Counted from the stretch's first letter, positions 7,420-15,381 are shown. The stretch: DNA of 17,251 nucleotides from Candidatus Thorarchaeota archaeon (GCA_003345595.1 PRDI01000080.1:1-17251); one strand, 5' to 3'. Notes: a model not told the origin generated them from the sequence alone. Program-made: numbers and translations.

Positions 7420-8877
7420 ATGGGCATATTTGCCAGATTCTTCGGACTGCAGGAACCCACGGATAAGGCAATCCGGCTAGTCCGAACCATGGTCCTGCTG
7501 ATGCCGACCATGGCTGCCACATTCATGATCTCAACTACCTTCTGGATGATCTATCTGGCAACTCGGATTGGCGGCGGCGACCTGATGATGGGCCTTCCAA
7601 TGATTGGCCTGTTGGTGATAATCCAGCTCGTCTTACGCACGTTTCTTGACTATCCGAGTGGTGCTCTTGGAGACTATATTGGACAGCGATTCGTGATTGC
7701 CATTGCGCTCACATGCTATGCGATTGCCTTCTGGTTGGCCTCGACTATCGATGTGGGAACCCCCTACATCCACTTTGTTGCCATCTACATAATAATGGGA
7801 ATAGGGCAGTCACAAGAAAGCGGTGCATGGGGTGCTTGGTTTGACAACAACTACCGCGTAGCCATGCCTCATGACAAGGACAGGAAGATGTACGGCGTCA
7901 TGCAAGGTCGCGCAGGCATGATATTTCAGCTCGTGTCGACGTTTGTTCTCCTGCCGGGCGCTTGGCTCGTTGCCCTCTATACCGAAAGGTGGGTCTTCAG
8001 ACTCCAAGCCATCATGAGCGTGATTCTTGCCATAGTCGTGATGAGAGTTGTCAGAGACTTCCCCGAAGCACAAGCACTGAGAGACAAGCAGAAATCAGCG
8101 CCTGGAGGATACTTGCATATACTGACAGATGGGCTGAAGTTCCTTGGTTCGAGCCGCTTTGTGTTCTTCTCCATAATGGGTGAAACGATTCTTTTCGCTA
8201 CGGGGGTAGTATGGTGGGAAATCCTTCTGTTTCCGTTCTATTTCGTTTACCTTCTGAGTTATGTCGGTATTTCTGGTTTCAGGACTCTTGTCTTCATTCC
8301 AAATGTGGCAGCTGCTGAACGGAGCGGAATCTGGTCGCGCAGATTCGATCCAATCAAGTGGGTCCCGCGCCTAAGGCTCCTCCAGTTCTGTGGGTTCTTT
8401 TTCTATATGTTGCTCTCACTGACGACGTTCGTATTCAGGGCGCCAACTCCCGCGGAAGCTCATATGATAACGTTCTTCCTACCACTGACAAGCGTGCCGT
8501 TGTTTGAGCTTCCGGCAGAATCCGTAGTACCCCTGACACTGATATTCATCATCTTCACCTTTGGGGATTTTCTCGGAGCATTTGGCGATGTGTTGTCCCA
8601 ACGTGTGTTCATAGATGTGATTCCCAACAGAATAAGAAACAGTTTCTATTCTCTGAGACCCACGCTCGTGATTCTCTGTGCCATCCCTCTGATATACTTC
8701 TTCAGTGCCTTCCTTCCCCTTTTTGGGTTTGGCCCTTCGTTCGCTCTGATAGCGATTGTCGCTCTTTCAGGGGCCGCACTGGTCAGAGTCGGCTTCTCCT
8801 ATCCGGTTCCCAAAGCGAAAGATATCGAAATCACTGTTGAGGAAATGCCTCCGACTGAGAGCCAGCAGTATCCGTAG
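7420..8877 (+). CDS. MFS transporter, substrate unknown
   Basis: 485 aa with about 12 TM segments. Motif-A-like DYPSGALGDYIGQR, QESGAWGAWFDNNY after TM4, and IPNRIRNSFYSL before TM11. Confidence 0.88.
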   Translation: MGIFARFFGLQEPTDKAIRLVRTMVLLMPTMAATFMISTTFWMIYLATRIGGGDLMMGLPMIGLLVIIQLVLRTFLDYPSGALGDYIGQRFVIAIALTCYAIAFWLASTIDVGTPYIHFVAIYIIMGIGQSQESGAWGAWFDNNYRVAMPHDKDRKMYGVMQGRAGMIFQLVSTFVLLPGAWLVALYTERWVFRLQAIMSVILAIVVMRVVRDFPEAQALRDKQKSAPGGYLHILTDGLKFLGSSRFVFFSIMGETILFATGVVWWEILLFPFYFVYLLSYVGISGFRTLVFIPNVAAAERSGIWSRRFDPIKWVPRLRLLQFCGFFFYMLLSLTTFVFRAPTPAEAHMITFFLPLTSVPLFELPAESVVPLTLIFIIFTFGDFLGAFGDVLSQRVFIDVIPNRIRNSFYSLRPTLVILCAIPLIYFFSAFLPLFGFGPSFALIAIVALSGAALVRVGFSYPVPKAKDIEITVEEMPPTESQQYP

Positions 8878-8940
8878 GCTAGTAGGACTCTGAGGAGAAG
8901 ATTACTTTGTCGCTCAGTCGAGCACCGGATTCCTGATGTT

Positions 8941-9540
8941 TCATAGACGGGCTCCAGAAGGTTCGGGCTGAGACCGCATCCTTTCATCCACTCTAATCAT
9001 CAGCCTAGTCAGCTCCGTAAAGGCCTCTACAACGTTTTCGTCTCTCAGAGCCGATGTTTCGCGGAAGACTACTGAAACCAAGAGCCTTTCACTAAAGTAG
9101 TCCGCGAACCGATTGCCCTCTTCTGTGGTCACGATACTATCTGGTGAACTCGATTCGCGCAAATCAGTTTTGTTACCCAAAACGGCGGTGGGCGGGAGCT
9201 GTCCCATGTACTTGTATGCCTCTACAAGCCACTTTGAAGCATTGTCGAAGGACTCACGGTTCACGACGGAGTATACCAAGATTATGCCATGGCTTCCAAG
9301 ATAGTAGTGTCGCCTGACTTTCTCGTAACTGGGCTGTCCTGCGAGATCCCAAATGATTAGCCGGACTTGTACCCCGTTCAGTTCAAGGCGTTTCTGAGCA
9401 AAGTCGACTCCTAGAGTGGCCATGTGACTTGCTACAAAGCCCTCCCCGAGGTACCTCTTGCGAAGACTGGTCTTTCCGACCGCTCCGTCACCAATGAGAA
9501 CGACCTTGAATATCTTGCTTCCGGGAGGGCCGAGGGTCAA
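8941..9540 (-). CDS. Rab-like small GTPase (Ras superfamily)
   Basis: G1 GDGAVGKT, G2 T in ATLGVDF, G3 WDLAGQ, G4 NKTD, G5 ETSAL. TTG 9540 is preferred over ATG 9603: GAGGAGA lies 10 nt upstream, and the ATG 9603 sits inside a TATA-like TTCTTATG. Confidence 0.95.
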   Translation of the reverse strand: MTLGPPGSKIFKVVLIGDGAVGKTSLRKRYLGEGFVASHMATLGVDFAQKRLELNGVQVRLIIWDLAGQPSYEKVRRHYYLGSHGIILVYSVVNRESFDNASKWLVEAYKYMGQLPPTAVLGNKTDLRESSSPDSIVTTEEGNRFADYFSERLLVSVVFRETSALRDENVVEAFTELTRLMIRVDERMRSQPEPSGARL

Positions 9541-9802
9541 TGTTGGAAAGTCTCCTCTGTGTGCCAAAGTCGATTCATGTTGACGTATAGGTGTTGGTAT
9601 CATAAGAAAAACCTAGTGCCAACAAAACCCAGGAATTACGGCAAAAGACTCTCATCCTAGGTATAGAAGGCAGACCGTGTGAGTGAGTGAGAGTCGGTCC
9701 CATTCTGCGTGCCTGCGCATCTGTCTGATGTCCTAGACCGAAGAGGCTGTGGACAAGATTCACCCCGAAAAGCATAGGTTTGAAGCACACACCATCATCA
9801 GG

Positions 9803-9808
9803 TTTAAA
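9803..9808. promoter_or_regulatory. TATA-like box TTTAAA flanked by inverted repeat TCAGG/CCTGA
   Basis: About 69 nt upstream of ATG 9877; inverted arms at 9798-9802 and 9811-9815. Confidence 0.45.
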
Positions 9809-9876
9809 GGCCTGAGCTGAAAGACCGACAAGTCCCGGACACCTGTCACTGCTAGTGACCTTCATAGGGTGACATT

Positions 9877-10188
9877 ATGGAGCGGAAGACTATCGGATTG
9901 CTTTTTGTCGTGGTGGGAGCGATCCTGTTCTTGGATGAGCTGTGGTTCTTTGTGCCCGGCATCGTGCCGCACGGCTGGCTCCTTGGCGATTGGTCTTGGA
10001 TTCATGTATATCCCTTCCATCACTGGATGCTGGGCGTGGTCATGATTCTGGGAGGCGTTTTGCTCCTGAAGAGGCCGCCTGCTGGCGCCAGTCCGACAAT
10101 TATTGACCCAGAGCAACATGGGGAAGATCACAATCCAACATCTCGAATGGAGTACGATGGGCCAGTCCCAATGCTCTCTGGCGTATGA
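9877..10188 (+). CDS. Small membrane protein, 2 TM with His/Trp-rich loop
   Basis: 103 aa: MERK, a hydrophobic helix, the loop PHGWLLGDWSWIHVYPFHHW, then a second helix followed by KR. GGTGA ribosome-binding-like motif at 9868-9872. Confidence 0.75.
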   Translation: MERKTIGLLFVVVGAILFLDELWFFVPGIVPHGWLLGDWSWIHVYPFHHWMLGVVMILGGVLLLKRPPAGASPTIIDPEQHGEDHNPTSRMEYDGPVPMLSGV

Positions 10189-10272
10189 TAAGGACAGACT
10201 GGTGGAAAGGGGAGCTTCAATCTTCTTCGGTACCTACTCGCCCTATTGCCCGGCGAATACATGACGATTGTG

Positions 10273-10280
10273 TTATAAGT
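10273..10280 (+). promoter_or_regulatory. TATA-like box TTATAAGT
   Basis: About 55 nt upstream of ATG 10335, which argues against the longer ORF start at 10185. Confidence 0.5.
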
Positions 10281-10334
10281 TTCTGCGCGGGTTGTACAGG
10301 ACTGCTCGATGAACAAAGAGAGGGAACGTCCAGC

Positions 10335-11051
10335 ATGAACACGAATGATGCTCGAGGCCTCTTAGTGAAGTGCCCCAATTGCGGCGCGTCGTACATCTAT
10401 CTCCCTGAGAAGATTGCAGAAGGCGGCTTCTTCCAGTGCCAGAACTGCGCGAAATGGCTTCACGCTCAGTATATGTCAGAGCAAGACAGGTTTCCGGTAG
10501 TTTCTCTTGCAGTCGAAAAAGAGGCTGCTGCTCACGAACGGAGGAGTCATCCGAAGAAGGACTTCCAGATCAGAAGGGACATACCGACGATGTTCCTGCA
10601 TGGTCTACTGTTCTCACTGATCATGGTGGGACTTCTCTGGATCTGGTTCTACATCATCGAGATTGGGACATTCATTGGAGGCTCAGTCGGGTTCTATGTC
10701 GGATTCGCAGTCTCATGCGCAGGGATTGTCGGGGTAGTAGGGTATACTGACACAATCCTTGTGCAGCTATTCTGGGATGTCTACTGCGAGAAGTCATGGC
10801 GGAGCATCATAGGCCACGGTGTAATCATGTCAGTCTTGGTCGTGCTGGGCGCGCTTCCTGCTATCATTACTTGGATACTGTTTCCGCACCAACCATGGGA
10901 AACGTTCGCTATCATTGAAACAATCCTCATCGTCCTTCTCTGGGGTACAATTGGCATAATTGGCAGGTCTGTTGCTTATTTGTTTGCGATCGACAGGAGG
11001 AGTCAGAGTGGGGAAGGCTCTGGTGAGGCGAGGACGACTGGACACGACTAA
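10335..11051 (+). CDS. MJ0042-type zinc-ribbon protein with 4-TM membrane domain
   Basis: VKCPNCGASYIYLPEKIAEGGFFQCQNCAKWL (CxxC-x18-CxxC), a charged linker, then four hydrophobic helices. Purine-rich AGAGAGGG lies upstream of ATG 10335. Confidence 0.8.
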   Translation: MNTNDARGLLVKCPNCGASYIYLPEKIAEGGFFQCQNCAKWLHAQYMSEQDRFPVVSLAVEKEAAAHERRSHPKKDFQIRRDIPTMFLHGLLFSLIMVGLLWIWFYIIEIGTFIGGSVGFYVGFAVSCAGIVGVVGYTDTILVQLFWDVYCEKSWRSIIGHGVIMSVLVVLGALPAIITWILFPHQPWETFAIIETILIVLLWGTIGIIGRSVAYLFAIDRRSQSGEGSGEARTTGHD

Positions 11052-11106
11052 CGAAGAACGATATTGGCTTGAGCGGCCGACGGCCTTAGGGAATTCTGAA
11101 CCTGGC

Positions 11107-12432
11107 CTATGATATCCGTTCTTTCTTTTCAGCGTGCAGCTCAGCCGTCTTTCGTTGCAGCTCGGCAAGAGCTTGTCCGTGATACGGGTATTGAGATATG
11201 ATGAGAGCTGCGAACACAGCGGCGATGAGAGGTACGACCGACACCAAAAGTCTGATAGCGAATATTGCAGACGGGGGTTGTGTGGCCGATGCCTCATCGA
11301 AGCCCGAGCTATACAGCAGAAGTGTGTACGTCCATGCCTGTGCCACAACCGCAAACCGCATGACGAAGGCATTATACCCGAAATAGGCCCCCTCGCGTCG
11401 AACGCCTGTCTTCAGTTCGTCCGCATCGATTGTGAAGGCTATCAGAATGTCTGGCAGCATCATGAAGCCCCCTACTCCAGCTGCAGCTATGGCGATAACT
11501 ATCAGTCCTGTTGTGAAGTCATTGACAAAGAGGATGCCCAACAGGACTATTCCAACCCATAGCAGAGTGATGATCGCAGACGTCCTTGGTCCTCTTGTGA
11601 TGTTGATATGGTTCCAGACTGCAAACACGGGAAGGGCAACGAGGAACAGCACCAAGAACAGAATGGTTTCGCTGCCCTTGAGCACATATCTGGCGAAGAA
11701 TGGCAAAGCACCCAACGCGACGGCGACAATATACTGTACGAGGAAATTGTAAGCCACGAATATCACGAAGGAACGGTTGGAGAACGTGTACTTCATCGCC
11801 TTGAACACTGGTAGCGTTTCTTCCCGAAACTCAGGTTTCTCGTGTGAGCCTGTGAGAGAGATGAAAGCAAAGAGAGCTGCTACCATTCCAATCGCGAGCC
11901 CCACACCGCTCCATCCCAGTACTCCGGCTAGGATTGGTGGAATGGCAGTGCCTGTGATGAGTCCCAATACGGCGAACACCTGCCGCATCACTGACATTTG
12001 AGAGCGTTCCTTATTGCTGGTGAACATCTCAGGAAACAGCGAGGTCCAGTTGAGTATCACAATGGTGTAGCAGGCGTCATAGAAGACAATCGCACCAGTG
12101 AGCCATAGAAAGAGGTTGAAGTTCCCTATCGTTAAGGCATCGCCGGGCGGTCCAAAGACTAGAAACACCGAAATGGCAAGTGGGATGGCAAAGACGGCAA
12201 TCCATGGCACTCGTCTGCCCCATCGAGTCCGAGTCCTGTCGGAAAGATAGCCGAACAAGGGATCGTTTACCGCATTCCAGACAGACCAAATTGTCAACGC
12301 AAAGGCAAGCCAGAACAGATCCATGTGAAGGTCGACCGCGTAGTGGATGAAGATGTAGGTCTGGATGGCATACTGCGGCATTGACGACGTAATGCTTCCT
12401 GCACTGTAACCGAGCTTCCCGAGAAGGCCCAT
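11107..12432 (-). CDS. GPH (MelB-like) family MFS transporter, copy 2
   Basis: 441 aa with WNAVNDPLFGYLSDRTRTRWGRRVPW and IDADELKTGVRREGAYFG motifs. Colinear with 2018-3394 over its whole length. Confidence 0.93.
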   Translation of the reverse strand: MGLLGKLGYSAGSITSSMPQYAIQTYIFIHYAVDLHMDLFWLAFALTIWSVWNAVNDPLFGYLSDRTRTRWGRRVPWIAVFAIPLAISVFLVFGPPGDALTIGNFNLFLWLTGAIVFYDACYTIVILNWTSLFPEMFTSNKERSQMSVMRQVFAVLGLITGTAIPPILAGVLGWSGVGLAIGMVAALFAFISLTGSHEKPEFREETLPVFKAMKYTFSNRSFVIFVAYNFLVQYIVAVALGALPFFARYVLKGSETILFLVLFLVALPVFAVWNHINITRGPRTSAIITLLWVGIVLLGILFVNDFTTGLIVIAIAAAGVGGFMMLPDILIAFTIDADELKTGVRREGAYFGYNAFVMRFAVVAQAWTYTLLLYSSGFDEASATQPPSAIFAIRLLVSVVPLIAAVFAALIISQYPYHGQALAELQRKTAELHAEKKERIS

Positions 12433-12468
12433 GTCTTGGATTCCTCAGAGTGCGGCAGTGTGCGTACG

Positions 12469-12475
12469 ATAAAAA
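12469..12475 (-). promoter_or_regulatory. TATA-like box for GPH copy 2
   Basis: TTTTTAT about 37 nt upstream of ATG 12432. TGAGG at 12443-12447 has the same spacing from the start as in copy 1. Confidence 0.5.
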
Positions 12476-12600
12476 CCATACGACGACTCGGAAGGCATGG
12501 TCCCCGGATACAGAATTCATCTGGTTTGCGTTTCTCGGAGCGGTTTCCTAGACACGGAATGATACGCGACTGCCAGTCGCTTTGCTGCGCGGCAATCGGC

Positions 12601-13431
12601 TCAGGTTCTAGACTCTAGCAACTCAAGTTCCTCTAGACAACCAGCTAGCAAGTCATATCCCTTTGATGCGATGAGTCGATAATTGCTAGAACCCGTCAGG
12701 CGCGACTGGAAGAGCTGCCATCCCGCCAGATAGTAACCCCTATATCTCTCTTCGATTCCACCGAGTCCGTACTCCTTCAGTTCGCTGCAAAGACGTGTGC
12801 GGTTCCAAGACCAGACTGCAAGTGGATCGTCGCATGATTGTGACAGAAGCCGTACTGGCGAAGGCGACACACGCCAGTTCATCTGTCTGACGAAGGACCA
12901 CCAGTCTAGACCGGTCCTGTCGCTTATGCTCATGGGCATCGCATCGAGATAGGGTCTGAGCGACCTCAGCTGGCTGGAATCTATCTCGCGAATCCGTTGA
13001 TCAGCCAGTAGAGTCTTTTTGGGCGGTTCACCGAGCATGATGTGTAGTTCAGTCAGACTTGGAGGTACGTAGAGGGGCTCTTTCTCCAGATCATTCAGAA
13101 GCATTAGCTGCGTGCGAGGAAGGTGTAGACTTCTGGGATTTCGTTCTCTGAACCGAGTTTCATAATCGCAGGCCATGTCCGCCGCAGCTCTCATGCCTTC
13201 CCCTCCTGCCGGGAAAGGTCTACTACCTTCCCGGACTCTGAAGTGTATGTCGACATCACTGAGAAGCGGTACATAGTCGATTTCAGAGTCCCATTTCTTC
13301 GCAGCCGAGCCCTTGCAATATGCGTACTCGATCATGTCTGAGAGCCTTTGTTCAAGCAGTTCGGTCCATATGCTGATACATGATATAACATCGACTCGGG
13401 CCCTAGCCATCACCTTGGAGAAGTCGCTCAT
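12601..13431 (-). CDS. Pol-beta superfamily nucleotidyltransferase-like protein, function unknown
   Basis: IEYAYCKGS...DYVPLLSDVDIH fits the hGS...DhD motif, followed by a mostly helical C-terminal half. ATG 13431 (MSDFSK) is preferred; TTTATC lies at 13483-13488. Confidence 0.7.
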   Translation of the reverse strand: MSDFSKVMARARVDVISCISIWTELLEQRLSDMIEYAYCKGSAAKKWDSEIDYVPLLSDVDIHFRVREGSRPFPAGGEGMRAAADMACDYETRFRERNPRSLHLPRTQLMLLNDLEKEPLYVPPSLTELHIMLGEPPKKTLLADQRIREIDSSQLRSLRPYLDAMPMSISDRTGLDWWSFVRQMNWRVSPSPVRLLSQSCDDPLAVWSWNRTRLCSELKEYGLGGIEERYRGYYLAGWQLFQSRLTGSSNYRLIASKGYDLLAGCLEELELLESRT

Positions 13432-13603
13432 TTGCTGACAACCTGCCCGCAGCAGCTGAGTTCTAGTCACCAGCATGCGTCTGATAAACATGGGGCCATG
13501 TTGTTGTGAGAGGGCCTCCTCGGTTGGTCCGACAATGCCTTATCTGTGATTCTTACGGTATGTGAATAGCTCCTGCTACGATCGATACGGGAAGACTGTC
13601 CGA

Positions 13604-15235
13604 ATGCCGGGCCGAGCAACGCCAAAGAGAAGTTCCGACGAGGCCTCCAGTCCCGAGAAAGCCGCGCAGGGGAGTTCCCCAAAAGCCGAGCAGTTGGTGC
13701 AGCGCAGTCTGTTTCCTTATCTAGTAAACAGAGTGCTTGAGGAATCACTTGCCTGCAAGAGTGTCGCCGAGGTATCCAATCTCGGCCTAGAATTGGCGCG
13801 TGAACTGACTGGGTCCTCATATGGTGTTGTTGTAGAGGTCGATGGGCAGGGGCGAGTTACGATTATAGCACAGAGTCCGCTGCTTGTCACATCAGATGAG
13901 GATAAAGCAGGAGAATCTACACGACCGATAAGGTATGTCCAGGTGGGCGGCCGCTGGAAGGAACTGATTTCCTCAACGCGTCCTTTGGTTCTCGATGAGG
14001 GCGATTCCATTCGTGAGTTTCTCAGTATAGCCTCTGCGCGTAAGTCGGTTGAGTCAGTACTGGGCGTTGCCCTAAAGCAGAATGACAGGGTTTTTGGAGC
14101 GATGGTGTTGGCAGGCACTTCTGGCATCTTCGACCAGTCGGTTCAGAGTGACTTAGACTCTTTTAGCATCGCATTCACGCAGGTGCTCCTTCATAGGAGA
14201 GCCCTTGATGCACTTGAGAGAAGGGAACAGGACTACAGGAACCTAGTTGACTCGATTCCAGATGGCGTTACTGTTGCGGCGCTTGATGAGAAACTCATGC
14301 TCGTCAACAAAGCCTTCGCCGACATGCTCGGCTACCGGCAAGATGAGCTCGTAGGCAAAACAGTCTTAGATTTGACGGACCCCAAGGAGTTGGATATCGT
14401 CCTAGCTCAGACCGGGCAACGACGAAAAGGAGAGAGTTCTGTTTACGAGCTGAAGATGCTGCACAAGGATGGCCACACATGTATAGTGAGAGTGTCGGCC
14501 ATCCCTGCAAGGGATGAAAGTGGTTCAATCACCGGGACGATAACCGGATGTACTGATGTAACAGGCTATCGGCAGCTGGAAGCCCAACTCCAACAACAAA
14601 AGAGGGAAACGGAGCTGTACGCTTCACTCCTGAGGCATGATGTTGCAAACGATCTTCAGGTTGTGCTAGGATATCTTGAGGCCGCGCAGATGTTCTACGG
14701 TGATATGGGTCCTGCAACAAAACAGATGGTCGAGTCGGCTTTCGCAGCAGCAGAGAGGATGGGACGTCTAGTGAAGGCGTTTGGTGTCCTCAGCATACCA
14801 ACTAGTTTCGATATAGCTACCGTGCTTAGGCAGACTGCTAATGAAGCAGTGAAAGTCAACAGACAGTTGACCGTCAACTTGGTGGTTTCTTCCGAGGCCG
14901 AGAAGCTGACTGTTGCTGGTGGAGCATTGTTGCCCATGACATTCGAGAATCTGCTCAGAAATGCCGCTCAGCACGCAGGTGATAATCCCGTTGTCCATAT
15001 CACTCTCTCAAGGAAAGGGGGGTTTGCTGAGATTGTTGTGTCGGACAACGGACCTGGTGTACCCGAGGACCTAAGGAAAGCACTATTCACAAGAGGACTA
15101 TCTTCCTCTGATCACGGAGTAGGCCTGTATATCGCTAAGCAAGTGGTACTGGCATGTGGCGGGTCAATTGAGCTTGCAGACAGTGACCCAGGAAAAGGGG
15201 CCACGTTCAGATTGCTTCTGCCGATTGCTCCGTGA
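13604..15235 (+). CDS. Cytoplasmic sensor histidine kinase, GAF-PAS/PAC-HisKA-HATPase
   Basis: GAF (SVLGVALKQNDRVFGAMVLA), PAS (YRNLVDSIPDGV...VNKAFADMLGYRQDELVGK...HKDG), H-box LRHDVANDL, N-box FENLLRNAAQH, G1 DNGPG, G2 HGVGLYIAK. No TM segment. Start uncertain (ATG 13604 or GTG 13562). Confidence 0.93.
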   Translation: MPGRATPKRSSDEASSPEKAAQGSSPKAEQLVQRSLFPYLVNRVLEESLACKSVAEVSNLGLELARELTGSSYGVVVEVDGQGRVTIIAQSPLLVTSDEDKAGESTRPIRYVQVGGRWKELISSTRPLVLDEGDSIREFLSIASARKSVESVLGVALKQNDRVFGAMVLAGTSGIFDQSVQSDLDSFSIAFTQVLLHRRALDALERREQDYRNLVDSIPDGVTVAALDEKLMLVNKAFADMLGYRQDELVGKTVLDLTDPKELDIVLAQTGQRRKGESSVYELKMLHKDGHTCIVRVSAIPARDESGSITGTITGCTDVTGYRQLEAQLQQQKRETELYASLLRHDVANDLQVVLGYLEAAQMFYGDMGPATKQMVESAFAAAERMGRLVKAFGVLSIPTSFDIATVLRQTANEAVKVNRQLTVNLVVSSEAEKLTVAGGALLPMTFENLLRNAAQHAGDNPVVHITLSRKGGFAEIVVSDNGPGVPEDLRKALFTRGLSSSDHGVGLYIAKQVVLACGGSIELADSDPGKGATFRLLLPIAP

Positions 15236-15330
15236 ATTCATGTTAGTGACCTTACGAGAGGCGAGTGGCTTTCTGGGAAGACGCAACCCGTTCGAAATAG
15301 CGTTCCTCAGCACGAGTATACAAGACAAGC

Positions 15331-15337
15331 CTTAAGT
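15331..15337 (+). promoter_or_regulatory. TATA-like box CTTAAGT upstream of DHA2 transporter
   Basis: 36-45 nt upstream of GTG 15373 / ATG 15382, preceded by purine-rich AAGACAAG. Confidence 0.5.
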
Positions 15338-15381
15338 CCTGCCTTCAGGCCGGACACCGAGTCCACAGCCGAGTGTCGCAT

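Noticed and set aside
9677-9695. GTGTGAGTGAGTGAGAGTC short tandem repeat
   Set aside because: Only about three units; no array or spacer structure.
9725-9770. CTGATG...CGAAA resembling a hammerhead ribozyme core; also TGATGA (minus strand, 9795-9800) as a possible C box
   Set aside because: The core reads CTGATGT rather than CTGANGA and the required stems are not evident. No D box (CTGA) lies at a suitable distance.
9575-9865. 96-aa minus-strand ORF upstream of the GTPase
   Set aside because: No recognisable motif, and it spans the putative promoters of both flanking genes. Not strictly excluded.
10185-10334. 50-codon N-terminal extension with ATGA overlap and CAGC motif on the zinc-ribbon gene
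   Set aside because: It contains a good TATA-like box and a purine-rich motif suited to ATG 10335, and MJ0042-type ribbons are normally at the extreme N-terminus. A coupled longer start cannot be fully excluded.
2018-12432. GPH paralogs as terminal repeats of a mobile element or an assembly artefact
   Set aside because: Synonymous sites are heavily diverged, and there is no integrase, transposase or target-site duplication in the window.
12566-12596. Hairpins GCGACT-GCC-AGTCGC and TTGC...GCAA downstream of the nucleotidyltransferase-like gene, as a terminator
   Set aside because: Short stems and no oligo-T tract on the coding strand; insufficient support.
9835-15358. Shared short words in two intergenic regions: CCGGACACC (9835, 15350) and TAGTGACCTT (9853, 15244)
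   Set aside because: Order and spacing differ between the two regions, and 9-10-mer matches are expected by chance in this much intergenic DNA.
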